This document shows positions 30,735 through 41,534 of a stretch of DNA of 64,000 bases, piece after piece (positions within the stretch are counted from its first letter, which is position 1; each line of letters starts with the position of its first letter). The notes under the pieces were generated by a model. The model saw only the letters and a list, made by a program, of their open reading frames with translations. It did not search any database and was not told where the DNA came from. The stretch spans positions 320,001 to 384,000 of the forward strand of contig CBDBKE010000004.1 of assembly GCA_965206645.1 (NCBI GenBank). Direction: 5' to 3'. Origin of the DNA: Terriglobia bacterium. Lineage in GTDB: Bacteria > Acidobacteriota > Terriglobia > JAJPHL01 > JAPKYU01. Made by a program: the position numbers and the translations under genes.

Positions 30735-31117
30735 GCCGGTGTGGATGCGCTGGTGACGGGGACGCTAACACCACTGGGGGATAGCGTGAGGCTTTCGGCC
30801 AAAGTGCTCGACACGGAAACAGCAACGATGATTGCAGCGTCAACTGTGAACGTCCCTAAGACTAAGGCTATTGAGGAGTTATTGTCACGAGGGATTGGGA
30901 GCCAGCAATCGGCTAATGTTGGGAGCGGGTCCACCGCGGGCGCGTCTACCAGTTCACTGCCGAAACCAACGGGAAGCCTTCCATCGTTTGAAACAGACAT
31001 CTTTCGTCTAGTTGTAACTTCTTTACGCAAGACTGCTCGCTTCTTAGAGGTGGTTATCACAGCTGAATCGAAGGGTAATGAAACAGTGCGTTTTAAGTTG
31101 GGCAGAGGCCCCAGTAT

Positions 31118-32397
31118 TGACCTGCCTGGCGATTTCCGGACCAGCTGAAGCCTGAGAGAATGGCGCCCTCGGAGAAACGAGGGAGCCATGAAGAAGACCC
31201 GGTTTACCGAAGAGCAGATGGTGACGATCCTCCGCGAGGCCGATCAGCGGCCCGTTCCGGAGGTGGCCAAAAAGAACGGCGTCAGCGCCCAGACGCTCTA
31301 CGCCTGGCGGAAACACTTCGGCACGTTGGAGCCCGCCGATGTGAAGCGGCTGCGGCAGCTCGAGCAGGAGAACGGCCGGCTGAAAAAGATGGTGGCCGAT
31401 CGAGATCTGGAGATCGACGTGCTCAAGGAGATCACCCGAAAAAAATGGTAGGCGCACGCGTGCGCCGGCCGCAGGTCGCGTATGCACGTGCACGCGGTCT
31501 GTCGGGTCGCCGCGCGTGCGCCTTGCTCTCCGTCGCACGGTCCACGCTGGGCTACCAGTCGCGGCTGGTCGACCGGGATGCCCCGGCGCTGGCCGCGATG
31601 CGTCGTCTGGCGGCGCAGTATCCGCGGTACGGCTATCGCCGGATTCGGATTTTCCTAAAACGCGAAGGGCACACGATGAGCACGGACCGGACCCATCGCC
31701 TCTGGCGCCAGGCGGGGTTGCAGGTGCCTCGGCGGCGGCCGCGGCGCCGGGTCGCCCTGAGCCGGCCCCGCCCGGTGCCCGCCACTGCGGTCAATCACGT
31801 CTGGGCGTACGACTTCGTGTTCGACACCTGCGCGAATGGGCAGACGCTCAAGTGCCTCACCGTCGTCGACGAATGGACCCGCGAGTCACTCGCGATCGAC
31901 GTGGCCGGCGGCATTCGGTCCGGGCGCGTTATCGAGGTGCTCACGCAGCTCGTGAGCGTCCACGGAGCCCCACGTTACCTCCGGTCCGACAACGGCCCCG
32001 AGTTTGTCGCGGGTGCGATTCTCCGGTGGCTGCTCCAGGCGCAGATCGAAACCGCGCTCATCAAGCCGGGGAAGCCGTGGCAGAATGCGACCGACGAATC
32101 GTTCAACGGGAAGTTCCGCGACGAGTATCTGAGCCTGCAGTGGTTTCGGAACCGCGTGGACGCGAAGGTGGGGATCGAGCAATGGCGACGGCACTACAAC
32201 GACGTGCGACCGCACTCGATCCTTGGCTATCTGACGCCAGCCGAGTTCAAAGCGCAGCTCCGTGCTGGCTCGGATGACGGTGGGCGCTCGCCGGCGATGC
32301 CGGCTCACGCTGACCAAGAAGAACACGAGAGCGACTTAACCATGCCGACTGGCGCTGTTCTCCAGTAATCGGTGGTCCGAAGAAAGCCGGCAGGTCA
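31118..32397 (+). mobile_element. IS3-family element, IS407-like (1280 bp), no TSD
   Basis: IRs TGACCTGCC..CGGACCA / TGGTCCG..GGCAGGTCA; flanks GTAT and AGTC differ. Confidence 0.92.
31188..32368 (+). CDS. IS3 transposase OrfA (31188-31451) + OrfB (ends 32368), -1 frameshift at A7
   Basis: MKKTRFTEEQ OrfA; AAAAAAATGG slippery site; OrfB DDE motifs. Confidence 0.92.
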
Positions 32398-32916
32398 AGT
32401 CCACCGGAACAGGTTGTCTCCGAAGAAGATGAGTTTGTTCAAAAGTACCTGGCAAAGGATGTGGGTTCTGGGGGCAGCGCGCCTAGATGGGCGATCCTGA
32501 TCGCGGGCAGGCAAGCGACCAGTTATCCGCAGTTGAATTCAGCGGTGGCAGATGTATTGTCGGAAAAGGGCTACCAGAGGGTTTCAGTTTTCCGCCGCTC
32601 CCTTCTTCAGGATGCCAGATACGAGGTGTTATATGCAGCTGATCCGTTTCTAATCCGCAGACTGCGTGAATACTGCGATGGTATCATCGTTGGAACTGTG
32701 CATTCTGCCTTGCGCCGGGACGCGACAGCGGAAGGTTTACTCACGGCTGAACTTTCACTTAATGTCCGTGTGATAGCTACCGCCACTGGTGGCATCAGGA
32801 ACGAATTCAGCATCCGCGAGAACGGCGCCGGCTTCTCATCTGCACAGGCACAAGCACATGCTGAGGAAAGACTTGCACGGAGCTTAGAGGCAAAGCTGCA
32901 GGTCGCTGTGCCATAG
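32398..32916 (+). pseudogene. Headless C-terminal gene fragment downstream of IS3
   Basis: Frame is open from the IS end (SPPEQVVSEEDEF...) to the stop at 32916; may be the distal part of the CsgG-like gene. Confidence 0.55.
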
Positions 32917-33088
32917 TCGCTTGGGCGTTCTTGGTTTGTGGGGAGCCGTGTAGCCAAGGACTACCTTGTCCTAAGCCGATCCTTGAAGGCGCGCCTTCCA
33001 CCTACCCTCGCAAGGGCAATCACGTCAAATGACCGAATTGGCTTGGGATGCGCCAATTCCAGTTTCCGCAACCGGCCGCGACTTGTGT

Positions 33089-33952
33089 TCACTTGGGGGA
33101 GGAGACGTAGCCGACGATCCGGTTCTTGTGCACCTGGTTGACTACAATTTCGTGCAGCCCCCGTGACCGCGCCATGTAAAACTGCACCGGCTCGTTCACC
33201 GTCTTGTTTTTCTTCTCAACCTTCTTGTCGTCGGCGTAGAGTTCCAAGGTATAGCGCTGGCGCTTGGTGTTGGTTTTCTTCAGCTTCAACGAAATGTTGC
33301 CAACGCGGCTGGGCCGCTTCTGCTTTCGCAGGTCGAATTCGAAGTAGTTGCGCTCGCCGCGCCTCCGGAGTTCCTCCAACTCCCCTCCGTTCCGGGCAAT
33401 CAGAACGTTGGCCTTGCTGAGGTCCCCGACGGCGGTGGTCAACTGGAGCTTGGTCTCTTCCAGATCCTTGCGGGTGGAGACAATGTCGGCCTTGTTCGTC
33501 GTCACACCCCCAGTCAGCTCACCCAGTCTGGCGGTGGACTCCTCGCGCAGAGTACTCACCTGCTGACCGATCTGGGCCGCCGCCCGCTTCTGCTCTTCGC
33601 CCAGGGCCTGAGACAATTTCCGCGCTCGCGCCAGGTCACGCCTGGTCATGCCCAGCTTTTCTTGGGCCACCATGAGCTCGCCCCGCAGGTCGTTATGTCG
33701 CTCGTCATTGGCCTGGATGTTGGCTTCCAGGCGGCGCATGAGCACGCTGCTTCGTTCCTGCATCTCGGCGAGCCGCTGGTCCAGCGAGGTGCGAGTGGTG
33801 CTTAAGTCGTACAGCAGAAAGATATTGACGATCGCGAGCACCACCAATGCGGCGATGACAGCCGGTGAAAACCAATTGCGAGGACCTTCCGGAGATTGCG
33901 GGGTCTCCGGCTCTTCAGTGAAAATGCTTCCAGTCGGCGGGTTAATGCTCAT
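33089..33952 (-). CDS. Membrane-anchored coiled-coil hypothetical protein
   Basis: Single TM, long heptad region, C-terminal beta domain (GERNYFEF.L...NEPVQFY...GYVS.PK). Confidence 0.8.
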   Translation of the reverse strand: MSINPPTGSIFTEEPETPQSPEGPRNWFSPAVIAALVVLAIVNIFLLYDLSTTRTSLDQRLAEMQERSSVLMRRLEANIQANDERHNDLRGELMVAQEKLGMTRRDLARARKLSQALGEEQKRAAAQIGQQVSTLREESTARLGELTGGVTTNKADIVSTRKDLEETKLQLTTAVGDLSKANVLIARNGGELEELRRRGERNYFEFDLRKQKRPSRVGNISLKLKKTNTKRQRYTLELYADDKKVEKKNKTVNEPVQFYMARSRGLHEIVVNQVHKNRIVGYVSSPK

Positions 33953-34341
33953 AACTCTCCTCTCGCGAATATTCTACCACGCTACCCATTGGCGTACGCC
34001 GGGGCGCGGTGACCAGCTTGGATGCCCTCGTTTCTACGACGGACCGGCCACCGGCGCGATGCCTGCTTCGCTGCCAGTTGGGCACTGCCAACTCCTAGTC
34101 GGGCACTACCTTAAGATGCATGCTACCGCGCCCGCGTTTCATCCCATCCAGAAGAGACCATGGCGATCTGAGTTTGAGTCGGTGGGGCGGCCTGAGGTAA
34201 AATGTTAAGTCGAGCGGAAGCTGAACTTGAGAGTTCCCGAGGAAACCGAAGCCCGGGATTCAGCAAGACTGGGATTTGAGCAAGACCGGATTTCAGTAAG
34301 AGAGGACGCAACAAATCTTTAGACACGGGAGGAATCAACTA

Positions 34342-35346
34342 ATGAGAGGCAAGCACTTGGCTTTGGTTTCACTTACTCTCGCGGCGAGCATTACGCTGCT
34401 GTCCCCGGCTTTCGCGCAGGGCGCCGGCTCGAAACAGAAGCTCTCCGGCGTGATCATCAAGCAAGATGCGGATAGCTTTGTTCTGCGAACGGGTAATGGG
34501 ATGGACCAGAAAGTCAAGGTCACGCTTGTCACAGAAATCAAGGAGAAGAAAAAGAATCCCTTCCGGAGCGCAAGGGAGTACGCAGCCAGTGAGCTGCTGC
34601 GCAGCCTGAAGGTGGAGGTGGAAGGGCGGTTAGACGATTCTGGCGTACTGGTTGCCAAAAAGATCCGTTTCACGAACGACGACCTGGAACTGGCCCACGC
34701 GGTCGAGGGAAGAGTGGCGCCGGTGGAAACGCGGGTGGGCAAGGCAGAAGCCAGGATGACGGCGTCGGAGAAGCGACTTGCCCAAAGTGAGGACAACGCG
34801 GAGCGGCTGGCCGGCCAGATCGAGGAGCTGAACACTATCTCGAATGCCGCGCACGGGGAAGCGAAAGCGGCCCAGCAAACAGCAGATGACGCTGTAGCCG
34901 CGGTTCAGGCCACCAACCAAAGAATTGCAGCGCTGGACGATTACCAGCTCGAAAAGAGCGTCACCGTTCAGTTCAAGGCTGGAAGTGCTTTCCTGTCGAT
35001 GGAAGCCAAGGACCTGCTGGACGAACTGGCGGCCTATGCGGAGACCCAGAAGGGGTTTGTCATTGAAATCGCCGGCTTTGCCTCAGCCGATGGGAGCGAA
35101 GAGCTAAACCGTCGTCTCAGCCAGCGCCGGGCTGAGGCGGTTTCTCAGTACCTAGCCGAGAATCACGATATTCCTTTGCGGCGAATGATTATTCCCTTCG
35201 GGTATGGTGAGTCGCATCCCGTTGCTGACAACTCTACGCGCCAGGGTCGAGAGGGAAACCGGCGTGTGGAAGTCAGGGTCCTGGTCAACCGGGGCTTGAC
35301 AATGACTACGGAGCCGCAAGCCAACCTGGTTAAGCAGGAAGGGTGA
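34342..35346 (+). CDS. OmpA-family peptidoglycan-binding protein
   Basis: Signal peptide, coiled coil, N..LS.RRA..V..YL, GYGE..PVADN.T..GR..NRRVE. Confidence 0.92.
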   Translation: MRGKHLALVSLTLAASITLLSPAFAQGAGSKQKLSGVIIKQDADSFVLRTGNGMDQKVKVTLVTEIKEKKKNPFRSAREYAASELLRSLKVEVEGRLDDSGVLVAKKIRFTNDDLELAHAVEGRVAPVETRVGKAEARMTASEKRLAQSEDNAERLAGQIEELNTISNAAHGEAKAAQQTADDAVAAVQATNQRIAALDDYQLEKSVTVQFKAGSAFLSMEAKDLLDELAAYAETQKGFVIEIAGFASADGSEELNRRLSQRRAEAVSQYLAENHDIPLRRMIIPFGYGESHPVADNSTRQGREGNRRVEVRVLVNRGLTMTTEPQANLVKQEG

Positions 35347-35387
35347 AGTAGGCAGGCAGTGGCCTAGTCTCGCCAGGGCCTACAGCG

Positions 35388-36479
35388 ATGGGCGGAACAT
35401 TCCGAGGCGCGGCTGCCGTGCACCCACGAAATTTGAGGGTCAGGGTCACACGCTTCCTGCTTTTTCTTGGCCTGCTGAGCGGGCTGCTGAGCCTGCTGCC
35501 GCAGCGCGAGCCTCACACGCTGGCGGGCACCCCACACTCCACCACGAGCCTGAACCAGGGAAGCGAGCGCACGGCGTTCACGCTTATTGCGCGAAAGGCA
35601 CTTGTACCGGGTACGCGGCAAAATCCAGGGTCGGTCATCCGGGTGAGTTCGAACCTGGTGACCGTGCCTGTCTCGGTAACGGACACCTTTGGACAGCCGC
35701 TGCGCGACCTGACCGCTGCGGACTTCGAAATCAAAGAAGACAAGCAACTGCAGCGTGTGATCAGCCTAGGCGAACCGGGGAAGACGCCGATCGACTTGGC
35801 GCTGGTCCTCGACGTTTCCGGCAGCGTACGTAAGCGCCTTCAGTTCGAGCAAAAGGCAGCGACAAACTTCCTGAAGCTGGTGCTCAAACCTGGCGACACG
35901 GTGTCGGTCTTCGCTCTCGGCCTGGCTTTGAGGCTGGTGCAGCCGCGGACCACAAGACTGGAAGCGGGGATGTCCGGCGTGATGGCCTTGAAAGCCACAA
36001 GGGAACCCACGGCGTTCTTCGCTGCCGTGATCGAGGCAGCGAGCTACTTGGCCGACCACGCGCAGCCGGGCACTCGGCGAGCGTTGCTGGTGATGTCCGA
36101 TGGGGAAGACAACAACAGCCTTAGCTATCAGCTCAGTGATGCGCTCAGAGAACTCCAACGGGCTGACTGCTTGTTCTACTCCATCAACCCGAGTGGGCCG
36201 GCAATCAGACTAAACCCGATCAGCCTGAAGGGACAGGAGGCGATGGCAGCTCTGGCGGCGGAGACTGGCGGCGCTTTTGTCCCGGCTACACCCCAGGAGC
36301 TGGAAGCGGCTCTCGGACAGATTGCTAGCGAGCTCCAGGCGCAATACCTGCTGGGATACTACTCAAAGGAAGCGCGACAAGACGGCGGATTCCGAGCAAT
36401 CACCGTGAGCGTACCCGGAAGGCCTAACCTCCGAGTTCGCGCACGCAGGGGGTACTACGCGACGACATTCCAGCCTTGA
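35388..36479 (+). CDS. VWA-domain protein, Acidobacterial type
   Basis: NLVTVPVSVTD, DVSGSV, SDGEDN, QYLLGYY, RARRGYY; start uncertain. Confidence 0.9.
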   Translation: MGGTFRGAAAVHPRNLRVRVTRFLLFLGLLSGLLSLLPQREPHTLAGTPHSTTSLNQGSERTAFTLIARKALVPGTRQNPGSVIRVSSNLVTVPVSVTDTFGQPLRDLTAADFEIKEDKQLQRVISLGEPGKTPIDLALVLDVSGSVRKRLQFEQKAATNFLKLVLKPGDTVSVFALGLALRLVQPRTTRLEAGMSGVMALKATREPTAFFAAVIEAASYLADHAQPGTRRALLVMSDGEDNNSLSYQLSDALRELQRADCLFYSINPSGPAIRLNPISLKGQEAMAALAAETGGAFVPATPQELEAALGQIASELQAQYLLGYYSKEARQDGGFRAITVSVPGRPNLRVRARRGYYATTFQP

Positions 36480-36664
36480 AGGTGCGCATTGACCCTGACC
36501 ACGCCACGGCTGTCGCCCACCGCCATGTGGGATCTTGTCGAGGAAGCCTCTGGCCAGTCAGGCACGACTTGATTTTCCCTGTTGGCCCGTCGCGGTGGTT
36601 TGTGTTATCCTGCGTTCGAGACAGAGAGAGGTTGAAACCGAAGAAGGAGTAAGAAGGCGGATTG

Positions 36665-36934
36665 ATGCCCCTGGTTGCCGACCAAAAAGGAGCCATAATT
36701 GCGAAATTTCGGCTTGGTCCGAAAGATGTTGGCTCCTCCGACGTCCAGATTGCATTGCTGACGGAACGGATTACGCAACTCACCGGACACCTGAAGTCGC
36801 ATCGCAAGGACCACGGTTCCCGTCGGGGCCTGCTGATCATGGTGAGCACGAGGCGCCGCCTGTTGAAGTACCTGAAACGGACCGAGACGGAGCGCTACCG
36901 GCAGGTAATCGAGAAATTGGGCCTCCGTCGCTAG
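36665..36934 (+). CDS. rpsO: 30S ribosomal protein S15
   Basis: D.GS..VQIALLT.RI..LT.HL..H.KD..SRRGLL.MV..RRRLL.YL. Confidence 0.98.
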   Translation: MPLVADQKGAIIAKFRLGPKDVGSSDVQIALLTERITQLTGHLKSHRKDHGSRRGLLIMVSTRRRLLKYLKRTETERYRQVIEKLGLRR

Positions 36935-37063
36935 CCCGCATTTCCTCCAATTCTTTCTTCTCTGCCTTTCTCAGACAGCGCAGTTAAAAAAAAGAGAGAT
37001 GGCCCCTCGCGCTAGGGCAACACCAGCCAACTAGCTTTGGGGACATGCCAGAGGAGTTGAGAT

Positions 37064-39205
37064 TTGCCAATGTCACAGAATGTGCAGGAAGTAAGTATTG
37101 AGCTGGGGAATAGCCAGCTCTCGATTCAAACCGGGAAGTTGGCCAAGCAGGCCGGCGGGGCGGTGCTCGTGCGCTTCGGCGATTCGATGGTGCTGGCCTC
37201 GGCCTGCGCCAACCAGGAGCCCCGCGAGGGCATTGATTTCTTCCCCTTGACGGTGGACTACCGCGAGTACACCTACGCCGCTGGCAAGATCCCCGGCGGT
37301 TTCTTTAAGCGCGAAGGGCGACCAACCGAGAAGGAGATTCTGACCAGCCGGCGGATTGACCGGCCGATTCGCCCGCTGTTTGCTAAGGGCTTTCGCTGCG
37401 AAACGCAAGTCGTTGCCCTGACCCTGTCGGCCGATACCGACAATGACCCGGACGTGCTAGGCCTGGTGGGAGCTTCGGCAGCGTTGCATCTTTCCGACAT
37501 TCCGTTCCGGACGCCGATTGCCGCGGTCCGTGTGGGCCTCGTCAACGGCAGCTTCGTTGTCAACCCCACTTACCTTGAGAGGTCGCAGAGCTTACTGAAC
37601 CTGCTTGTGGCGACCAGCGAGCAAGGTATCGTGATGGTGGAATCCGACGCCCAGCAGGTGGCCGAGGGGACAGTGATGGACGCGCTGGAATTTGGGCACC
37701 AGCAGTGCAAGAAGATCATTGCTGCCATCGAGGACCTGCATGCCAAAGCCGGCGTGCCCAAACGCGAGGTGGTCGAACCGGAACTGGATCGCGCGCTGTA
37801 TGCCCAGGTGGAGGGCAGCTACCGCGACCGCCTGAAGGAGGCGCTGGATACAGCCAAGCAGCAGAAGCAGGAAAGCGTCCTGCAGGTGAAGGCGCTGAAA
37901 AAGGAACTGGTGGGCTCCTACCCGCCCGAGGAATCCGAAAAAGCAGCCGCGGCTGGCAAGCTATTCGGCCATCTGCGGGAGCAGATCTTCCGTGAGGAAC
38001 TGTTACAACAGCGCCGCCGGCCCGACGCGCGCGCCTTTGACAAGGTCCGCACCATCCAGTGCGAGGTCGGCTTGCTGCCGCGCACTCACGGCTCGGCGCT
38101 GTTCACCCGCGGGGAAACTCAGGCACTGGTGACCGCGACTCTGGGCACGAAGGAAGACGCGCAACGGATGGATGCTCTGGAGCCCGGCGAGCACTTTAAG
38201 CGCTTCATGATGCACTACAACTTTCCCCCCTTCAGCGTGGGGGAGGTGGCCTTCCTGCGAGGTCCGGGGCGGCGCGAGATCGGCCACGGCGCTCTGGCCG
38301 AGCGCGCCTTGCTTCCGGTGCTCCCCGAAGAGGCGGTCTTCCCCTATACCATCCGGGTGGTTTCCGACATTCTGGAATCTAACGGATCCAGCTCCATGGC
38401 CTCGGCCTCCGGAGCGACCCTGGCACTGATGGATGCGGGCGTTCCGATCAAGGCGCCGGTGGCCGGCATCGCCATGGGCCTGGTGATGGGCGACGACGGG
38501 TCCTATTCGATCCTGACCGACATTGCGGGAGCCGAAGACCACTACGGCGATATGGACCTGAAAGTGGCCGGCACACGCGAGGGCATTACCGCTCTGCAAA
38601 TGGATATCAAAGTCGCCCGCGTCACGACGGAAATTCTTCGAGAAGCGTTGGAGCAGGCACGGCATGCCCGACTGTACATCCTGGACCGGATGCTAGAAAC
38701 GCTGCCCGAACCGCGCACGGCCATCTCTGCCTATGCGCCCCGAATCTACGTCATGCACATCCCCCCGGACAAGATCCGCGATGTCATCGGGCCGGGCGGC
38801 AAAATCATCCGCTCCATCATTGAGCGAACCGGCGTCAAGATTAACGTCGAGGACGACGGCTCGGTGCACATCGCGTCTTCCGACGAAGCCTCGGCGGGGC
38901 GCGCAATGCAGATCGTTGCCGATCTGACGGCCTCGGCCGAGATGGGCAAGACGTACCTGGGGAAGGTTGTTCGCATCGTGGATTTCGGGGCCTTCGTGGA
39001 AATCATTCCCGGCACTGATGGGCTGCTCCACATCAGCGAAATCGCCGAGCAGCGGGTTCGCGCGGTTGGCGACGAGCTGCGGGAAGGCGACCAGATCCTG
39101 GTGAAAGTCATCAACATTGATGGGAACAAGGTCAAGCTGAGCCGCAAAGCCGTACTCCGCGACCAGCGTGAGAAGCGGAAAACGGCGGAGGCGACAAATA
39201 GCTAG
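37064..39205 (+). CDS. pnp: Polyribonucleotide nucleotidyltransferase
   Basis: FFPLTVDY, IPGGFFKREG, HGSALFTRGETQ, ESNGSSSMAS, KH and S1 domains. Confidence 0.98.
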   Translation: MPMSQNVQEVSIELGNSQLSIQTGKLAKQAGGAVLVRFGDSMVLASACANQEPREGIDFFPLTVDYREYTYAAGKIPGGFFKREGRPTEKEILTSRRIDRPIRPLFAKGFRCETQVVALTLSADTDNDPDVLGLVGASAALHLSDIPFRTPIAAVRVGLVNGSFVVNPTYLERSQSLLNLLVATSEQGIVMVESDAQQVAEGTVMDALEFGHQQCKKIIAAIEDLHAKAGVPKREVVEPELDRALYAQVEGSYRDRLKEALDTAKQQKQESVLQVKALKKELVGSYPPEESEKAAAAGKLFGHLREQIFREELLQQRRRPDARAFDKVRTIQCEVGLLPRTHGSALFTRGETQALVTATLGTKEDAQRMDALEPGEHFKRFMMHYNFPPFSVGEVAFLRGPGRREIGHGALAERALLPVLPEEAVFPYTIRVVSDILESNGSSSMASASGATLALMDAGVPIKAPVAGIAMGLVMGDDGSYSILTDIAGAEDHYGDMDLKVAGTREGITALQMDIKVARVTTEILREALEQARHARLYILDRMLETLPEPRTAISAYAPRIYVMHIPPDKIRDVIGPGGKIIRSIIERTGVKINVEDDGSVHIASSDEASAGRAMQIVADLTASAEMGKTYLGKVVRIVDFGAFVEIIPGTDGLLHISEIAEQRVRAVGDELREGDQILVKVINIDGNKVKLSRKAVLRDQREKRKTAEATNS

Positions 39206-39293
39206 GGCTCAGGTGCTAGGTGTCAGCTACCTTGGCGGTTAAAGCTGGGCAAGTCAAACCCGGCTTCTGATACCTGACACCCGTACCTAACAC

Positions 39294-40085
39294 ATGACAC
39301 CTGCTTGTATGCCGTTGTACCTGCTGGGGCTGGTAGGTTTAGGAGCCGGTGCAGGTTTGCTTGGGTCCCTGTTGGGAATCGGCGGCGGGCTGCTTATTAG
39401 TCCTTTCCTGATCCTTTTGTTCGGCGTCCCCATCGAACAGGCGATTGCTACCAGCCTGGTCGCGATCATCGCCACGTCCAGTGTCGCTGCCAGTTTCTAC
39501 GTGCAGGAGAAGCTCAGCGACATTCGCTTGGGAATGGTCCTGGAGCTGGCCACCACGCTTGGGGCCGTCAGCGGCGCTCTCACCGCCGGGTTGCTGAGCC
39601 GGCGCTGGCTGACCCTCATCTTCAGTTCGTTTCTGCTTTACGCTGGCAGCACTTTGGTGCGCCGCGCACTGAAGCCACGGCCCCGTGAAGAGGATCTGAC
39701 TGACTACCAGGTGCGGCGCCTCCCTCTGGGTATGGGGATTTCCTATCTGGCTGGGAACATTTCCGGCCTGCTGGGAGTGGGCGGCGGTCCCGTTAAGGTT
39801 CCCATGATGTACTTGCTGATGGGGGTGCCGCTGAAAGTGGCCACAGCCACCAGTAATTTCATGATCGGCGTGACGGCAGCGGCAAGCGCCTTCATCTACT
39901 ACCTGCGGGGCGACGTTCTGGTGTACCCTACGGCCCCAGTGGTGGTTGGGGTTTTTGTGGGCTCTCTGGCCGGGTCGCGCATCTTCCCGCGGGTACCCAC
40001 GCGTTGGATTCTCTGGTTGTTTGTGGGCCTGATGTTTTACCTGGCTCTTTCCATGGGCCTGCAAGGCTTGCGAATGGAGGGATAG
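39294..40085 (+). CDS. TauE/SafE-family sulfite exporter
   Basis: GSLLGIGGG, SGLLGVGGG, KVATATSNFMIGVT. Confidence 0.9.
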   Translation: MTPACMPLYLLGLVGLGAGAGLLGSLLGIGGGLLISPFLILLFGVPIEQAIATSLVAIIATSSVAASFYVQEKLSDIRLGMVLELATTLGAVSGALTAGLLSRRWLTLIFSSFLLYAGSTLVRRALKPRPREEDLTDYQVRRLPLGMGISYLAGNISGLLGVGGGPVKVPMMYLLMGVPLKVATATSNFMIGVTAAASAFIYYLRGDVLVYPTAPVVVGVFVGSLAGSRIFPRVPTRWILWLFVGLMFYLALSMGLQGLRMEG

Positions 40086-40096
40086 GGTTGGGCACA

Positions 40097-40447
40097 GTGA
40101 CACACAAGGTGGCGCGCGAAGATGACACCATTCGCTGGATTTCATGGGTCCTCAGGTTAGGCTCCTACGGCTCGGCCTTGCTGATGCTGGTAGGGGTCCT
40201 GATGGCGCTGGCTCGGCCCGGCCGTCGAGCGACCTATCCGCTGGAGACTCTCGCCAGTCATCTGCTGCTCCTGGATGCCACCGCGGTGATGCAGGCCGGC
40301 ATCACCTTGCTTCTTCTGACGCCAGTCATGCGCATCGTGGTGGCGATCATCTGCTTTGCACGCGAGGGCGACTACCGCTACGCATGGATCTCGAGCGGGG
40401 TCCTGCTCATCGTGATTTCCTCGGTCCTGTTTCGTGTTCTCCTCTAA
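40097..40447 (+). CDS. DUF1634 membrane protein
   Basis: I..VLR.G, GI.LLLLTP..R; usual partner of TauE genes. Confidence 0.8.
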   Translation: MTHKVAREDDTIRWISWVLRLGSYGSALLMLVGVLMALARPGRRATYPLETLASHLLLLDATAVMQAGITLLLLTPVMRIVVAIICFAREGDYRYAWISSGVLLIVISSVLFRVLL

Positions 40448-40480
40448 GGAGTTGTGATAGAATTGTGGTGAGAGGTGCCT

Positions 40481-41422
40481 ATGACCGTGGGCAAACTTTC
40501 GCTCCTGCTGGCCCTTCCACTGGCGGTACCTGCGGCGGCGCAACACGTCATCTCGGCGCGTGCCGGTTACGTGAATTACTGGCAGGGCGCGGTGACGCTG
40601 CCCACCGGCCCGGACGAAAAGATCAAGCGGCAAATCGCCGAAGGCCAGAGTGTAACGACCGAGCGGGGGCGCCTGGAACTGCTTCTGACTCCGGGCAGTT
40701 TTCTGCGCCTGGACCGCCACTCCACAGTCCGGCTGCTCTCCTCGCGGCTTGCAGACGTTCGCGTCGAGCTGGTTTCGGGCACCGCCATGCTGGAAGTGAA
40801 CGAAACTCGGAAGGGAACTTCCATTGTGATGCTATGGCGGGAACACACGATTCCCATCAAGCGCACCGGGCTATATCGCTTCGAAGCTGCTCAGGACTCC
40901 TTGCGCGTCCATGTCGAAAAAGGCAAGTTGCGAGTGCCCGGGAAGAAGGGCCCCCTCAAGGGGGGGAGGTACGTGGAGTTGGCCGCGGCGGGAACTGCCA
41001 GCGCGGCAGTCAAGTACAACCGGAAGGACCTGGATGAGTTTGACCGTTGGAACCGGTTCCGATCCTCGGAACTGGCCACCGCCTCCTATGCAGCGGTCAA
41101 TAGTTTCCGCAATCAACGCTCCTCCTTACTGTCCACCGGGCGGTCCAGCCAGTGGTTCTTCCATTCCGGGTTCGGCTACTACACCTTCCTGCCGTACCGC
41201 TACTCAATCCGATCGCCCTTTGGCTTTGTTTACCGTTGCCCTCGTCCTCGTTATGTCTATCGACAACCCTCCGGGGATGGGTATCCCGGCGGAGCCTGGG
41301 CAGGCCGACCCAGGACCTCAGCGAGATCGAGGCCTTCCGGAAGACCTTCCTCGGGTAGTGGATGGGGGGCAAGCTCCGGCAGGAAAAGGGGCGGCAGCCT
41401 GCCGTCTCGTCGTCCCCGCTAA
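40481..41422 (+). CDS. FecR-domain secreted protein
   Basis: Signal peptide, ISARAG.VNY..G, GR.E.LL.PGS.LRL, D.FD.W...R. Confidence 0.75.
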   Translation: MTVGKLSLLLALPLAVPAAAQHVISARAGYVNYWQGAVTLPTGPDEKIKRQIAEGQSVTTERGRLELLLTPGSFLRLDRHSTVRLLSSRLADVRVELVSGTAMLEVNETRKGTSIVMLWREHTIPIKRTGLYRFEAAQDSLRVHVEKGKLRVPGKKGPLKGGRYVELAAAGTASAAVKYNRKDLDEFDRWNRFRSSELATASYAAVNSFRNQRSSLLSTGRSSQWFFHSGFGYYTFLPYRYSIRSPFGFVYRCPRPRYVYRQPSGDGYPGGAWAGRPRTSARSRPSGRPSSGSGWGASSGRKRGGSLPSRRPR

Positions 41423-41534
41423 CGTTCGTCACGCCGTTGAATGTCTACCCAGCATGTGGGCTTGCTATGTCTCACTCAGGGAACTCTTCCAACACCCCTT
41501 GGGGTGCATATAACCCCTAGACAAATCAGAGGAT

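Larger units (their letters stand above)
27498..31117 (+). pseudogene. CsgG/FlgO-like secreted protein disrupted by three IS elements
   Basis: Removing each of the first two IS plus one TSD restores ...DAKSFK|VIDRTHLKAILHEHKLASTGLIDPQTARQLGRIA|GVDALVTGT... in frame, a CsgG/TolB_N-like signature. Confidence 0.85.

Noticed and set aside
39208-39292. Heptamer-based inverted repeat after pnp
   Set aside because: Degenerate short-repeat or terminator-like sequence with no further support
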